Source: an uncultured Gammaproteobacteria bacterium
Lineage (GTDB): Bacteria; Pseudomonadota; Gammaproteobacteria; JAIEPX01
DNA: 64,000 nucleotides
Assembly: GCA_963725255.1 (NCBI GenBank)
Contig: CAVRXV010000004.1
Coordinates: forward strand, 27,322 to 91,321
Direction: 5' to 3'
Under the pieces are notes generated by a model that was not told the DNA's origin, searched no databases, and was given only the letters and a program-made list of their open reading frames with translations. The number at the start of each line of letters is the position of its first letter. The stretch's first letter is position 1. Both the position numbers and the translations under genes were made by a program. This document shows positions 56,014-64,000 of this stretch, in pieces.

Positions 56014-56077
56014 TTGAGAGGCTCAGTCTGCTTTCACTTGATTTGTTTTGACTGGTGGAGTTCTCTGAGTAGTTACT

Positions 56078-56440
56078 TTATTTGTGGTACTGAAGCTTGC
56101 AAGAGCCTTCTTCGCCAGGCGTAATACCTGTGATTGGTGTGACTGTGAAAGTCCCCGTTCCATTCCCAACATCTCCCGCCCAAGTGCAAATGGGTTCTTC
56201 CATTTGAATGTCTGAGCCATCGCTGTGTTTAATGACACGAATATCTAATTGACCAGTACAGCGTGTTAAAGTTGGATCGCAAGTCCCCAGTTGGCCGCTG
56301 AGAATATGTTCGTTGTAGCGATTAAAAATATGGGCGTATTCTTTGATGTAAATACATCCCTTAGTTTGATTAATAACGTGGAAGCCAAATGCAGGGGCTG
56401 CGATGCTGGCGACTAGTATTACTGGAATTATTGATTTCAT
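56078..56440 (-). CDS. Small secreted Cys-containing protein (orphan)
   Basis: Signal peptide MKSIIPVILVASIAAPAFG and five Cys in the mature part. Confidence 0.6.
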   Translation of the reverse strand: MKSIIPVILVASIAAPAFGFHVINQTKGCIYIKEYAHIFNRYNEHILSGQLGTCDPTLTRCTGQLDIRVIKHSDGSDIQMEEPICTWAGDVGNGTGTFTVTPITGITPGEEGSCKLQYHK

Positions 56441-56502
56441 ATTGTACTCACTCGTAACTTATTAGATCAAACTATAGCATTATTTTGCGGAATTGCCCAG
56501 TA

Positions 56503-56670
56503 GGGGCAAGGAAGGTGTCAGATCTAAGGTGGAGGGGTCAGGTCTAACATTGAAACTAGCTTTCATTTTTGTGTTTTACATCTCACCTCTGGGCAAGCTA
56601 GTTTCAATGTTAGACCTGACCCCTCCATTAAGAAGGTAGCAATCTTAGACTTGACCCCTCTCCTTGCCCC
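56503..56670. repeat. Composite nested palindromic element of the GGGGTCA..TCTAA family
   Basis: Outer arms ggggcaaggaaggtgtcagatctaag / cttagacttgacccctctccttgcccc. Inner perfect 30-bp arms ggaggggtcaggtctaacattgaaactagc / gctagtttcaatgttagacctgacccctcc. Confidence 0.8.
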
Positions 56671-56686
56671 CCTTAGACTGCAGATC

Positions 56687-58150
56687 ATGGCTTATCAAGA
56701 TTTAAGAGATTTTATTGACCAATTAAAGGCGCGTAATATACTGCAACGCATCCGCGTGCCTGTTGATCCGTGCCTAGAAATGACCGAAATCAGTGACCGT
56801 GTTCTTCGTGCCCAAGGTCCTGCCTTATTGTTTGAATCCCCTAAGAACTATGATACTCCCGTTTTGACTAACTTATTTGGCACTGCGGAACGAGTTGCTC
56901 TGGGTATGGGTTGTGAAAAGTTGAGTGAATTACGAGAGCTCGGTGAGCAGTTGGCTATGCTCAAGGAGCCTGAGCCTCCCAAAAGTTTGAAGGAAGCTTG
57001 GCAAAAACTTCCGTTGGTTCGGCAGGTGATGGCGATGTCACCTAAAGTGTTGAGCTCGGGGCTTTGTCAGGCGCAGTGTTGGCAAGGAAACGAGGTGGAT
57101 TTAGGGCGCTTGCCTATTCAAACCTGCTGGCCAGGTGATGCGGGGCCTTTGATCACCTGGGGTTTGGTTGTCACCCAAGGGCCGAATCAGAGCCGGCAAA
57201 ATCTGGGGATTTATCGTCAACAAGTGATTGATCGTAACAAAGTGATAATGCGATGGTTGGCGCATCGGGGCGGTGCTTTGGATTTTCAGGAATGGCAAAA
57301 GCAACATCCGGGTGAAAAGTTTCCTGTTTCGGTAGTTTTGGGGGCGGATCCAGCTACCTTGCTTGCGGCAGTTACTCCTATACCTAATCACCTTTCTGAA
57401 TACGCATTTGCTGGGCTATTAAGAGGCTCTAAGACCGAGTTAGTGAAATGTATGACCAATAATCTAATGGTTCCTGCACGCGCAGAATTCGTTTTAGAGG
57501 GCACTATAGCGCCGGGTGAAATGGCTACCGAAGGTCCTTTTGGTGACCACACAGGCTATTACAATGAAACCCAAGAATTCCCGGTGTTTACCATCGAGCG
57601 CATCACGCACCGCCAGGATCCCATCTATCATAGTACCTACACAGGCCGACCTCCTGATGAACCTGCTGTGCTCGGTTTGGCATTAAATGAATTATTTATT
57701 CCATTATTACGAAAACAATTTCCAGAAATTCAGGATTTTTATTTACCCCCTGAAGGATGTTCGTATCGAATGGCTGTTGTAACGATTAAAAAAGCCTATC
57801 CAGGTCATGCAAAACGCGTGATGATGGGCGTGTGGTCATTTTTAACTCAGTTTATGTACACGAAATTTGTCGTTGTGACTGACGATGATATTGATGCTCG
57901 AAATTGGCAAGATGTTATTTGGGCAATGACGACACGCATGGACCCGCATCGCGATACCGTGATTATTGAAAATACTCCCATAGATTATTTAGATTTTGCA
58001 TCGCCCGTTGCAGGATTGGGATCAAAAATGGGTTTTGATGCGACACACAAATGGCCAGGAGAAACGTCACGTGTTTGGGGGCAGGCTATCGAAATGAGTC
58101 CAGAAGTAAAGTCGCACGTTGATTCTCTTTGGGATAAATTATTTTTGTAA
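56687..58150 (+). CDS. ubiD: 4-hydroxy-3-polyprenylbenzoate decarboxylase UbiD
   Basis: Start moved to ATG 56687 ([14 protein letters not shown], a typical UbiD N-terminus). The track start at 56651 lies inside the repeat element. Confidence 0.93.
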   Translation: MAYQDLRDFIDQLKARNILQRIRVPVDPCLEMTEISDRVLRAQGPALLFESPKNYDTPVLTNLFGTAERVALGMGCEKLSELRELGEQLAMLKEPEPPKSLKEAWQKLPLVRQVMAMSPKVLSSGLCQAQCWQGNEVDLGRLPIQTCWPGDAGPLITWGLVVTQGPNQSRQNLGIYRQQVIDRNKVIMRWLAHRGGALDFQEWQKQHPGEKFPVSVVLGADPATLLAAVTPIPNHLSEYAFAGLLRGSKTELVKCMTNNLMVPARAEFVLEGTIAPGEMATEGPFGDHTGYYNETQEFPVFTIERITHRQDPIYHSTYTGRPPDEPAVLGLALNELFIPLLRKQFPEIQDFYLPPEGCSYRMAVVTIKKAYPGHAKRVMMGVWSFLTQFMYTKFVVVTDDDIDARNWQDVIWAMTTRMDPHRDTVIIENTPIDYLDFASPVAGLGSKMGFDATHKWPGETSRVWGQAIEMSPEVKSHVDSLWDKLFL

Positions 58151-58202
58151 TTGTTTTTTGGCCTTTTTTTTAAAAGACAGTATAAAAAAGAATCGATCAA
58201 AT

Positions 58203-60083
58203 TTATTTGTAGGTTAATTTGCTTTCGTCCATCAGCATTTCCTCAGGAAAATAACTTTCAGCATGAGATTGTAAAATTTTTTCACGAACAGTAAATGCTG
58301 GGGGACCTTTATTCGGGATATCAAGAAGATCGGTCCCATACGTTTTAATTAATTCAGCAACAGATTTCCAGTATTGAGGTTTTTCAATGGCGATAGAAGC
58401 TAGTATATGTAATACAGTATTGCCTCGACTATCTTTGCTATCAACTTTTATTTTAAATTCTTGGATGATCATTTTCAGTAATTGTGGATCACCGTAATGC
58501 GCTGCTTCATGGAGAATTGTTTTTCCTTGGTAATTTGATTGTGTAAGTACGCTGGGAGAAATCGTTGCTAAATATCGTAAAAAGAAAGCATGACCTGTTT
58601 TTGCTGCTACATGTGCAACGGTATTACCAAGCTGATCAACTGGTAGTGGTTTACCAAGAAAATAGCGATGATATAGATAATCGAAAATCTCGCGTTGTCC
58701 TGTGCTAGCGGCAAAATGTAATATAGATTCGCCAATGTTGCTGGGATTGGCTTGTTTGTCATTTTTATTTAATACTGCTTGCAGAAGTTCTAGATGACCT
58801 GCCTGTGCGAGAAGATGAGCTAAAGTAACGCCTCCTTCAAAAGTAGCAGAGAGGGATAACCAATTTTGATTTATAAAATGCCAAAATATGTCGTGATGAC
58901 CCCCTGTGATAACGTCATCAATAAATTGTTCTGGTTTTAATTGATGTTTTTGAATCAATGTTAGAAATAATTTTAAGTTGCCGTGTCTGACAGCTGATTT
59001 TGCAAGAAGTTGGCTATCGTAGGGGTCCTCAGAAGGGTCAAGGATTTCTAGTCCATGTTGTGCATCTCGAACCATTTCGGGGAGGGCATCGTATAGCTGC
59101 CAGTGTCCGTGTTTTGCAGCAACAAGTCTTATGTTTTGGCCAATAAAAGGATCAATACCGATTCCAAGTAAAAATGAGACAGCTTTTTTGTGGCCACCTA
59201 TAACAGTAAAAGTTAATAAGCTTTCATTAGTGGCAGGGGTCTCACCTTCGAAAACGGTGCGTAAATCATAGCCACGCTCTGTTTCTAAATATTCGAGCGA
59301 AGGGATACTGCCTCCTAGTGCAGCGAGTTTGGCTAATCGGGATTCGGGGTCCATTATACTTGGGATAAAGGGAGAATCGAACCCCGAGAAAAACCACTCA
59401 AAGTAATCGACATCACCCGCGAGTGAGATGTAGTGCATGACCCCCCGATTATGGTAGTCCAACGTGGTAGGCATGTTATCTCGAAGTAGCTGATCAACAA
59501 TGGGTTGTGAACAACAAAGAGTAAAAAACTTCCAGGCACTGTAAGGATCGCTCTTGAATATGGTATCAAGAATGGGTCTGGCATGATTTAGGACGTGATA
59601 AATATGGACAAAATTGATGGGGTAAGTCCGAAAAGTTGGATCGAAGAGTATGGCATCTAATAGATAGCGTAACATGGGGTCTTTGCGAGCTTCTTGGGCC
59701 AGTTTTGCCAACAGTACATGGCGATGTGTTCGGTGGCGGTTCCAAAGGGTAAAGCATGATTGAGACACTCTACTGGCATCCTGGAGGGATAAATGGGACA
59801 ACACAAGGGCAAAGACGTCTGGAAACAGTGACACTAAGGGGTTTTTTAAGTTGGTGGCTAGATCCTCAAGTGCCTGGCTTGAAGGAGTGCCTAGTCTTTG
59901 TTGGTTGTCTTGAAGCATTATTGTATTGGTAGACGCATAATACATCTTAAGCAGAATTTGTTTGGCTGAAGGCTCTAGATGTAGGTTTTTGAAAGGATCG
60001 TAAGGCTCTTCTTTTCTAGCAGGTTTTGCAGCCGTTTTTTTTGACATAGAATTTTTTAGCCCTACTAACCTAATTTTACGCAT
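58203..60083 (-). CDS. F-box + ankyrin-repeat protein
   Basis: F-box LFPDVFALVLSHLSLQDASRVSQSCFTLWNRH (nt ~59831-59733). At least 5 ANK repeats (GVTLAHLLAQAGHLELLQAVL, GESILHFAASTGQREIF, GNTVAHVAAKTGHAFFLRYL, GKTILHEAAHYGDPQLLKMII, GNTVLHILAS). The start may be 60047. Confidence 0.8.
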   Translation of the reverse strand: MRKIRLVGLKNSMSKKTAAKPARKEEPYDPFKNLHLEPSAKQILLKMYYASTNTIMLQDNQQRLGTPSSQALEDLATNLKNPLVSLFPDVFALVLSHLSLQDASRVSQSCFTLWNRHRTHRHVLLAKLAQEARKDPMLRYLLDAILFDPTFRTYPINFVHIYHVLNHARPILDTIFKSDPYSAWKFFTLCCSQPIVDQLLRDNMPTTLDYHNRGVMHYISLAGDVDYFEWFFSGFDSPFIPSIMDPESRLAKLAALGGSIPSLEYLETERGYDLRTVFEGETPATNESLLTFTVIGGHKKAVSFLLGIGIDPFIGQNIRLVAAKHGHWQLYDALPEMVRDAQHGLEILDPSEDPYDSQLLAKSAVRHGNLKLFLTLIQKHQLKPEQFIDDVITGGHHDIFWHFINQNWLSLSATFEGGVTLAHLLAQAGHLELLQAVLNKNDKQANPSNIGESILHFAASTGQREIFDYLYHRYFLGKPLPVDQLGNTVAHVAAKTGHAFFLRYLATISPSVLTQSNYQGKTILHEAAHYGDPQLLKMIIQEFKIKVDSKDSRGNTVLHILASIAIEKPQYWKSVAELIKTYGTDLLDIPNKGPPAFTVREKILQSHAESYFPEEMLMDESKLTYK

Positions 60084-60285
60084 AATCTAATCCGAAAAGT
60101 AGTAAATTTGCATTAATATAGCATGTTCAATGTTTGATTTCAAGATGTGGTGATGAATTTCTGTCAAAGTTCTTTAGGATCGAGAGGCTCGATGGTGTCA
60201 ATTGGACTTATATACACTTGCTGTTTTATGGTGAAATTTTAGTAATATGCTATACTTAACGTAGATAGATACAGAGGTGATGACT

Positions 60286-61650
60286 ATGAGACGCGATAGT
60301 GTAGTGAATAAACGAGGATCTCGACCTGCTGACCCATGGGATCAAGCAATGGATTTGATTGGGTACCGAAAGGCTGAAATTGAGAAGTATAATAATCCAG
60401 GGGCTAACGCTAAACTGGCGGAGATACTGGTTGAGGTAGGCAAAATTGATAAAAGTGCTAATGGTGTGAAGGCTCTTCATGAAAAAAATATTGAACTATT
60501 GAAACTTAGAAATGAAACTGAGAGAGCTTCTAACCAGGCTAAGGCTGAGAAAGTTGAACAAGGTGCAGCAGCCAAAGTGGGCACCGTTCAATCAACTGCG
60601 GTTCAAGGAAGCGCTGCAGCGGCGGTTTCTGTGCCCCCTGTTGCAGTTGATGCATCTAAACAATCCTCACCTAAATCACCCAGGTTACCACTATGGACTA
60701 GAATTCAACAGCTTAGGAAATCTCCCGTTAAAGACGCTGGGAATGAATCCAAGGCAGCTAATAAAGACGCTTCATCAGGATATGGGAATGAATTCAAGGC
60801 AACTCTTGTAGGCATGGGGAAAGTCTTAAATAAATCATCTGGACCAGTGGGTGTTTTCCCTGCGAGTGCTGGTAAGTCTGAAATAAGAATAATTGCTGGG
60901 GAAGGTAAAGATAAAAGTAAAGTAGTTCAGACAATGGAATTAAAATCAGGAGCTCAGTTAGTTGCAACGGCGACTGAAGAAGTGCAAGTGACACGTGAAA
61001 GGTTTGCAAATGAAGAAAGGCAAGTGAGTCGTGAAAGGTTTGCAAATAATGTAGAAGTCACATTAACGAATAAAAATGGTATAACAGGTACGGATATCGC
61101 AGAAGCTACGGCAGTTCTTTCGAAAACGATTCAAGATAGAGGTGATGTCAAAGATATCAAACTTGAACCTAGTCAAAACAATACTGAGCAAGCAAACAAA
61201 AAAGTCATAGAAGCAGTAGGGCCTTCGGCTCAGAAGGAAAGACCAGCAGCGGAAATAGCAAGGGTAGATGTACAGTTTATTGGAGCCCCTGCTAATAATG
61301 CTGATAAATTGGTTAAAGCCATCATGGAATCGGTTAGTCCATACGAAAAAGGAGAATTCATCAATAAGGGAAATGGTTATAAAATAACGAGTAAAGACGG
61401 CAGTTATTCGGTAGAATTAAATTATACTAAGGATCATAAGGCTATAGTTGAGATTAATGCTAAACCTGGACATGAGGAAAAGGCTATGGAATCAGCATTT
61501 AACATGCTGAATCACATTGACCTCAAAACTTCCAAGGTAGAGAAAGATGTCGAAGTCATAGGTAGTCACAAAGAAGCTATGGAAGATAAAACAGATCGTT
61601 TGGTATTTGCTAACCCGAACCCGAATAAAGCTTCTCCCTCACCTCGATAA
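60286..61650 (+). CDS. Hypothetical protein with short internal tandem repeats (orphan)
   Basis: Same frame as track ORF 60277. ATG 60286 has GAGG 7 nt upstream. Internal repeats: VTRERFANEERQ/VSRERFANN and GNESKAA/GNEFKAT. Confidence 0.6.
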   Translation: MRRDSVVNKRGSRPADPWDQAMDLIGYRKAEIEKYNNPGANAKLAEILVEVGKIDKSANGVKALHEKNIELLKLRNETERASNQAKAEKVEQGAAAKVGTVQSTAVQGSAAAAVSVPPVAVDASKQSSPKSPRLPLWTRIQQLRKSPVKDAGNESKAANKDASSGYGNEFKATLVGMGKVLNKSSGPVGVFPASAGKSEIRIIAGEGKDKSKVVQTMELKSGAQLVATATEEVQVTRERFANEERQVSRERFANNVEVTLTNKNGITGTDIAEATAVLSKTIQDRGDVKDIKLEPSQNNTEQANKKVIEAVGPSAQKERPAAEIARVDVQFIGAPANNADKLVKAIMESVSPYEKGEFINKGNGYKITSKDGSYSVELNYTKDHKAIVEINAKPGHEEKAMESAFNMLNHIDLKTSKVEKDVEVIGSHKEAMEDKTDRLVFANPNPNKASPSPR

Positions 61651-61880
61651 TAAAGATGTACATCTTGCGTTTTCAATAAATAATCCACTGCGAGGCTGAG
61701 TATTACTTTATTTCAAGAATATTTATGAGGTATCAAGACTGGCTATTGCTCCACCATTATTCTGCTTATCGCAGCAATAATAATTGCTAATAAATTTTTA
61801 AAGCAGATGGCGGCATTATAAATAATTTGGTACAGTAACAGATTGCAGTTAATATAATTTACTAGGGTCAGGATAAATTA

Positions 61881-62651
61881 GTGTCGAATGTCTTAAAAGG
61901 TCTGACAGTTTTAGTGACGCGTCCGCGAGAGCAAGCAGAGAAATTAGCTGAAAAAATTGCTGAGCTCGGGGGCCGCCCAATAGTTTTCCCAACGCTGGAA
62001 ATTCATTCTGTGGAGCCTGTTGGGGGCTGGGGTCATTTACAAAATCAATTAAATATTGCAGATGTCGCTGTATTTACGAGTGCAAATGCAGTGCGAGAAG
62101 TTTTCGCGCATCAAATAAAAATACCTAATCGATGCGAAGTGGCTGCGATAGGAACGTCTACTCAACAGGCATTATCTGAATCAGGAATTTTGTGCGATTG
62201 GGTTCCTATGAGGGATTATCGTAGTGAAGGATTATTGGAATTACCCGTTTTTCAATCGGTAAAAAATAAAAAAATAATTGTCTTAGCAGGAGAAGGCGGG
62301 CGAGAATTTTTGCAGGATATTTTAACAGAGCGCGGAGCACATGTTGAAAAAGTCGCTGTGTATAAACGTGTGTGTCCAACGGGTGATATTTCTCTTTTGA
62401 AAGATTTTTTTGAGCAACATGGGTCTAAGATTGTTTTATCAACCAGTGTTGGCAGTTTAGAGAATTTATTGAATTTATCGAAAGGGTTTGGGCGGCTTTT
62501 TGAAATTCCCTTGGTGGTTGTGAGTAAGAGAATAGCTGAGATTGCTAAAGCCAAAGGATTTTGCACGGTGCTGGTTGCTGACAATGCGAGTGATGAGGCA
62601 ATTCTCCAGGAAATTGCACGATATTTGAGTTCAGATGCAGTGATTCGATGA
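61881..62651 (+). CDS. hemD: Uroporphyrinogen-III synthase
   Basis: GTG start, LTVLVTRPREQA N-terminus, ~256 aa, followed by hemX. Confidence 0.85.
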   Translation: MSNVLKGLTVLVTRPREQAEKLAEKIAELGGRPIVFPTLEIHSVEPVGGWGHLQNQLNIADVAVFTSANAVREVFAHQIKIPNRCEVAAIGTSTQQALSESGILCDWVPMRDYRSEGLLELPVFQSVKNKKIIVLAGEGGREFLQDILTERGAHVEKVAVYKRVCPTGDISLLKDFFEQHGSKIVLSTSVGSLENLLNLSKGFGRLFEIPLVVVSKRIAEIAKAKGFCTVLVADNASDEAILQEIARYLSSDAVIR

Positions 62652-62755
62652 TTTATTTTGCATAGATTTTAAGAATTCCAGTTATTATGGATATTGCAAT
62701 TATTGCTGTGAGGCCTTATTCTTGAGCTTATCTGCTGATTTTAAAGGAATAGAAT

Positions 62756-63934
62756 ATGTCTGAAGTTAAGGATGTCGTTGTGGCTAAGGCCCCATCTCCT
62801 TTATGGAAAATAATGTCATTGGTTGCACTGGCAATTGCCGTGATTTCAGCGAGCATGATAATTATTGGTGCTCAAAATTATCAGCAAATTTTAAAGCAAC
62901 TTACTTTACAAAACGAAAGTGTGCAAAAACTTCAGGCAAGTACTCAAGCGCTATCAGCGCAAGCATCTCAACAGCAAGTCGCTGTACAAAATGCAATTTC
63001 AGGTTTAGATCAGCTTCGACTTTCTAATGCTCAAGATCCTGTGAGTCCTGTTCTGGTTGAAGTGGATTATTTGGTTAGATTAGCGAATTATAATGCTCAA
63101 TATGTGGGTGATATTAAAATTGTTTTAACGTTGTTAGAGACTGCAGAGCAACGAATTAGTGGATTATCATCTCCGCAACTGGCCGATATTCGTCGTGTGT
63201 TGGTATCAAATATTACAGCAATAAAGGGCATAAAAGCATTGGACGCTGAAGGTGTATTGCTGCGATTGAATGCACTAAGTGACACCATTAATTCATTGCC
63301 CGTTATCCCAGAAGCGAAAATAACCGCAACAGCTAACCCTGCGAGCACTGTGGCAGATACTCAGATCAATCAAACGTGGAAAGAAAAGTTTTTTGCAAGT
63401 CTCTCTGAATTAAAAAAAGTGATTGTTGTACAGCGGCTTAATGAACCTGTACAGCCATTGCTCTCGCCAGAGCAACACTCTAATTTAGTTGGAAATATTC
63501 AGTTAAAATTGGGGTTGGCACAATGGGCAGTTTTGCATCGCGAACCAAAAGTTTACTCCGATGCGTTGAATCAAGCTAAAGATTGGATTGGGCGTTTTTT
63601 TACTGTAAATGAAATGACAGGTGCGGTAATTACGGGTTTAACTGAGTTAGGAAAATTGGATATCAAGCCCACATTACCTGATTTGAGTGACACTGTTGCT
63701 CTAGTTGATGGTGAAATACAAAACCGACAACAACAATTTTCTAAATCACCTCGCTCTGATAATTCAGCTGCTCCAGCTGCATCCTCTGAATCAGGTTCTG
63801 CGAATGCACCGGCTTCACCCAATGCGCCAAAAGAAAAACCGTCAAATTCAGCTCCGCCAGGAGAGCCAGCGCCTGCAGCACCGCTCAAAGCTAAGCCTCA
63901 GAATCCTTCTGAACCCGAGGTGATCAGCTCATGA
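62756..63934 (+). CDS. hemX: HemX-family membrane protein
   Basis: Single N-terminal TM segment, coiled Q-rich region, conserved middle domain, and a P/A/S-rich tail. Position after hemD. Confidence 0.8.
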   Translation: MSEVKDVVVAKAPSPLWKIMSLVALAIAVISASMIIIGAQNYQQILKQLTLQNESVQKLQASTQALSAQASQQQVAVQNAISGLDQLRLSNAQDPVSPVLVEVDYLVRLANYNAQYVGDIKIVLTLLETAEQRISGLSSPQLADIRRVLVSNITAIKGIKALDAEGVLLRLNALSDTINSLPVIPEAKITATANPASTVADTQINQTWKEKFFASLSELKKVIVVQRLNEPVQPLLSPEQHSNLVGNIQLKLGLAQWAVLHREPKVYSDALNQAKDWIGRFFTVNEMTGAVITGLTELGKLDIKPTLPDLSDTVALVDGEIQNRQQQFSKSPRSDNSAAPAASSESGSANAPASPNAPKEKPSNSAPPGEPAPAAPLKAKPQNPSEPEVISS

Positions 63935-64000
63935 GACGATTTCTAATTTATTTTGCCATTTTATTTCTATCGATCGTGATAGGATTAAAAATGCATGCGA
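63931..64000 (+). CDS. hemY: HemY-like protein, 5' end only
   Basis: The ATG overlaps the hemX stop (ATGA). MRRFLIYFAILFLSIVIGL is a TM segment. The call rests mostly on hemD-X-Y synteny. Confidence 0.5.
   Translation, partial: MRRFLIYFAILFLSIVIGLKMHA

Noticed and set aside
56023-56238. 71-aa ORF overlapping the 120-aa secreted-protein ORF in another frame
   Set aside because: The longer ORF has a convincing signal peptide. The shorter one has none.
56078-56440. Small secreted Cys-containing protein as the missing substrate of the DUF692/DUF2063 pair
   Set aside because: It lies 26 kb away on another strand, is larger than typical precursors, and has no recognisable DUF2282-like Cys pattern. 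The idea is pure speculation.
39915-56670. Possibility that the recurring GGGGTCA..TCTAA palindromes are a CRISPR array
   Set aside because: The copies are palindromic, dispersed over 17 kb between genes, and not regularly spaced direct repeats. No cas genes are present.
56651-56686. Upstream TTG start for ubiD given in the ORF track
   Set aside because: The extension is encoded by the palindromic repeat element. ATG 56687 gives the canonical UbiD N-terminus MAYQDLRDF.
59371-59385. tRNA T-arm-like string (reverse complement cggggttcgattctcc)
   Set aside because: The flanks do not form a T-stem or acceptor stem, and the string lies in frame inside the F-box/ankyrin ORF.

Overview
This is a 64-kb AT-rich gammaproteobacterial chromosome segment. 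The right ~35 kb is mainly housekeeping backbone: ruvX-yqgE, pckA-proC-yggT, trxA-rho, a TolC/ABC/HlyD type I secretion operon, rdgC, ubiD and hemD-hemX-hemY. It is interrupted by eukaryote-like or orphan genes, including an F-box/ankyrin protein, several orphan ORFs and a self-contained cyclic-nucleotide module. The left ~29 kb is an accessory island dominated by one paralogous family of giant STAND (NB-ARC-type) ATPase + TPR proteins. There are six ORFs (three on + converging on three on -) plus one degraded remnant, and the five reading 'ELTILSELSKVSIKNY' share an unrecognised ~190-aa N-terminal domain. The terminal modules are swapped between paralogs: ankyrin repeats, an OTU-like cysteine protease and a TIR-like domain. 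A large ORF missing from the supplied track (1..2204, minus strand, running off the window edge) carries the N-module + TIR-like domain of one STAND protein fused to a nucleoside-hydrolase (IUNH) domain. The island shows explicit recombination scars. These are a 634-bp 99.5%-identical inverted repeat inside two convergent genes, an 89-bp identical tract between two other paralogs, a truncated paralog ending inside a duplicated leader, an inverted duplication of an MFS-leader/TIR cassette, and a collapsed gene remnant. I read this as a previously undescribed NLR-like STAND array, either a defence/sensing system or a modular effector family of an intracellular Legionellales-like bacterium. All domain calls are by-eye motif recognition; no database search, HMM or structure prediction was run. 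No rRNA, tRNA, CRISPR, transposase or integrase was seen.
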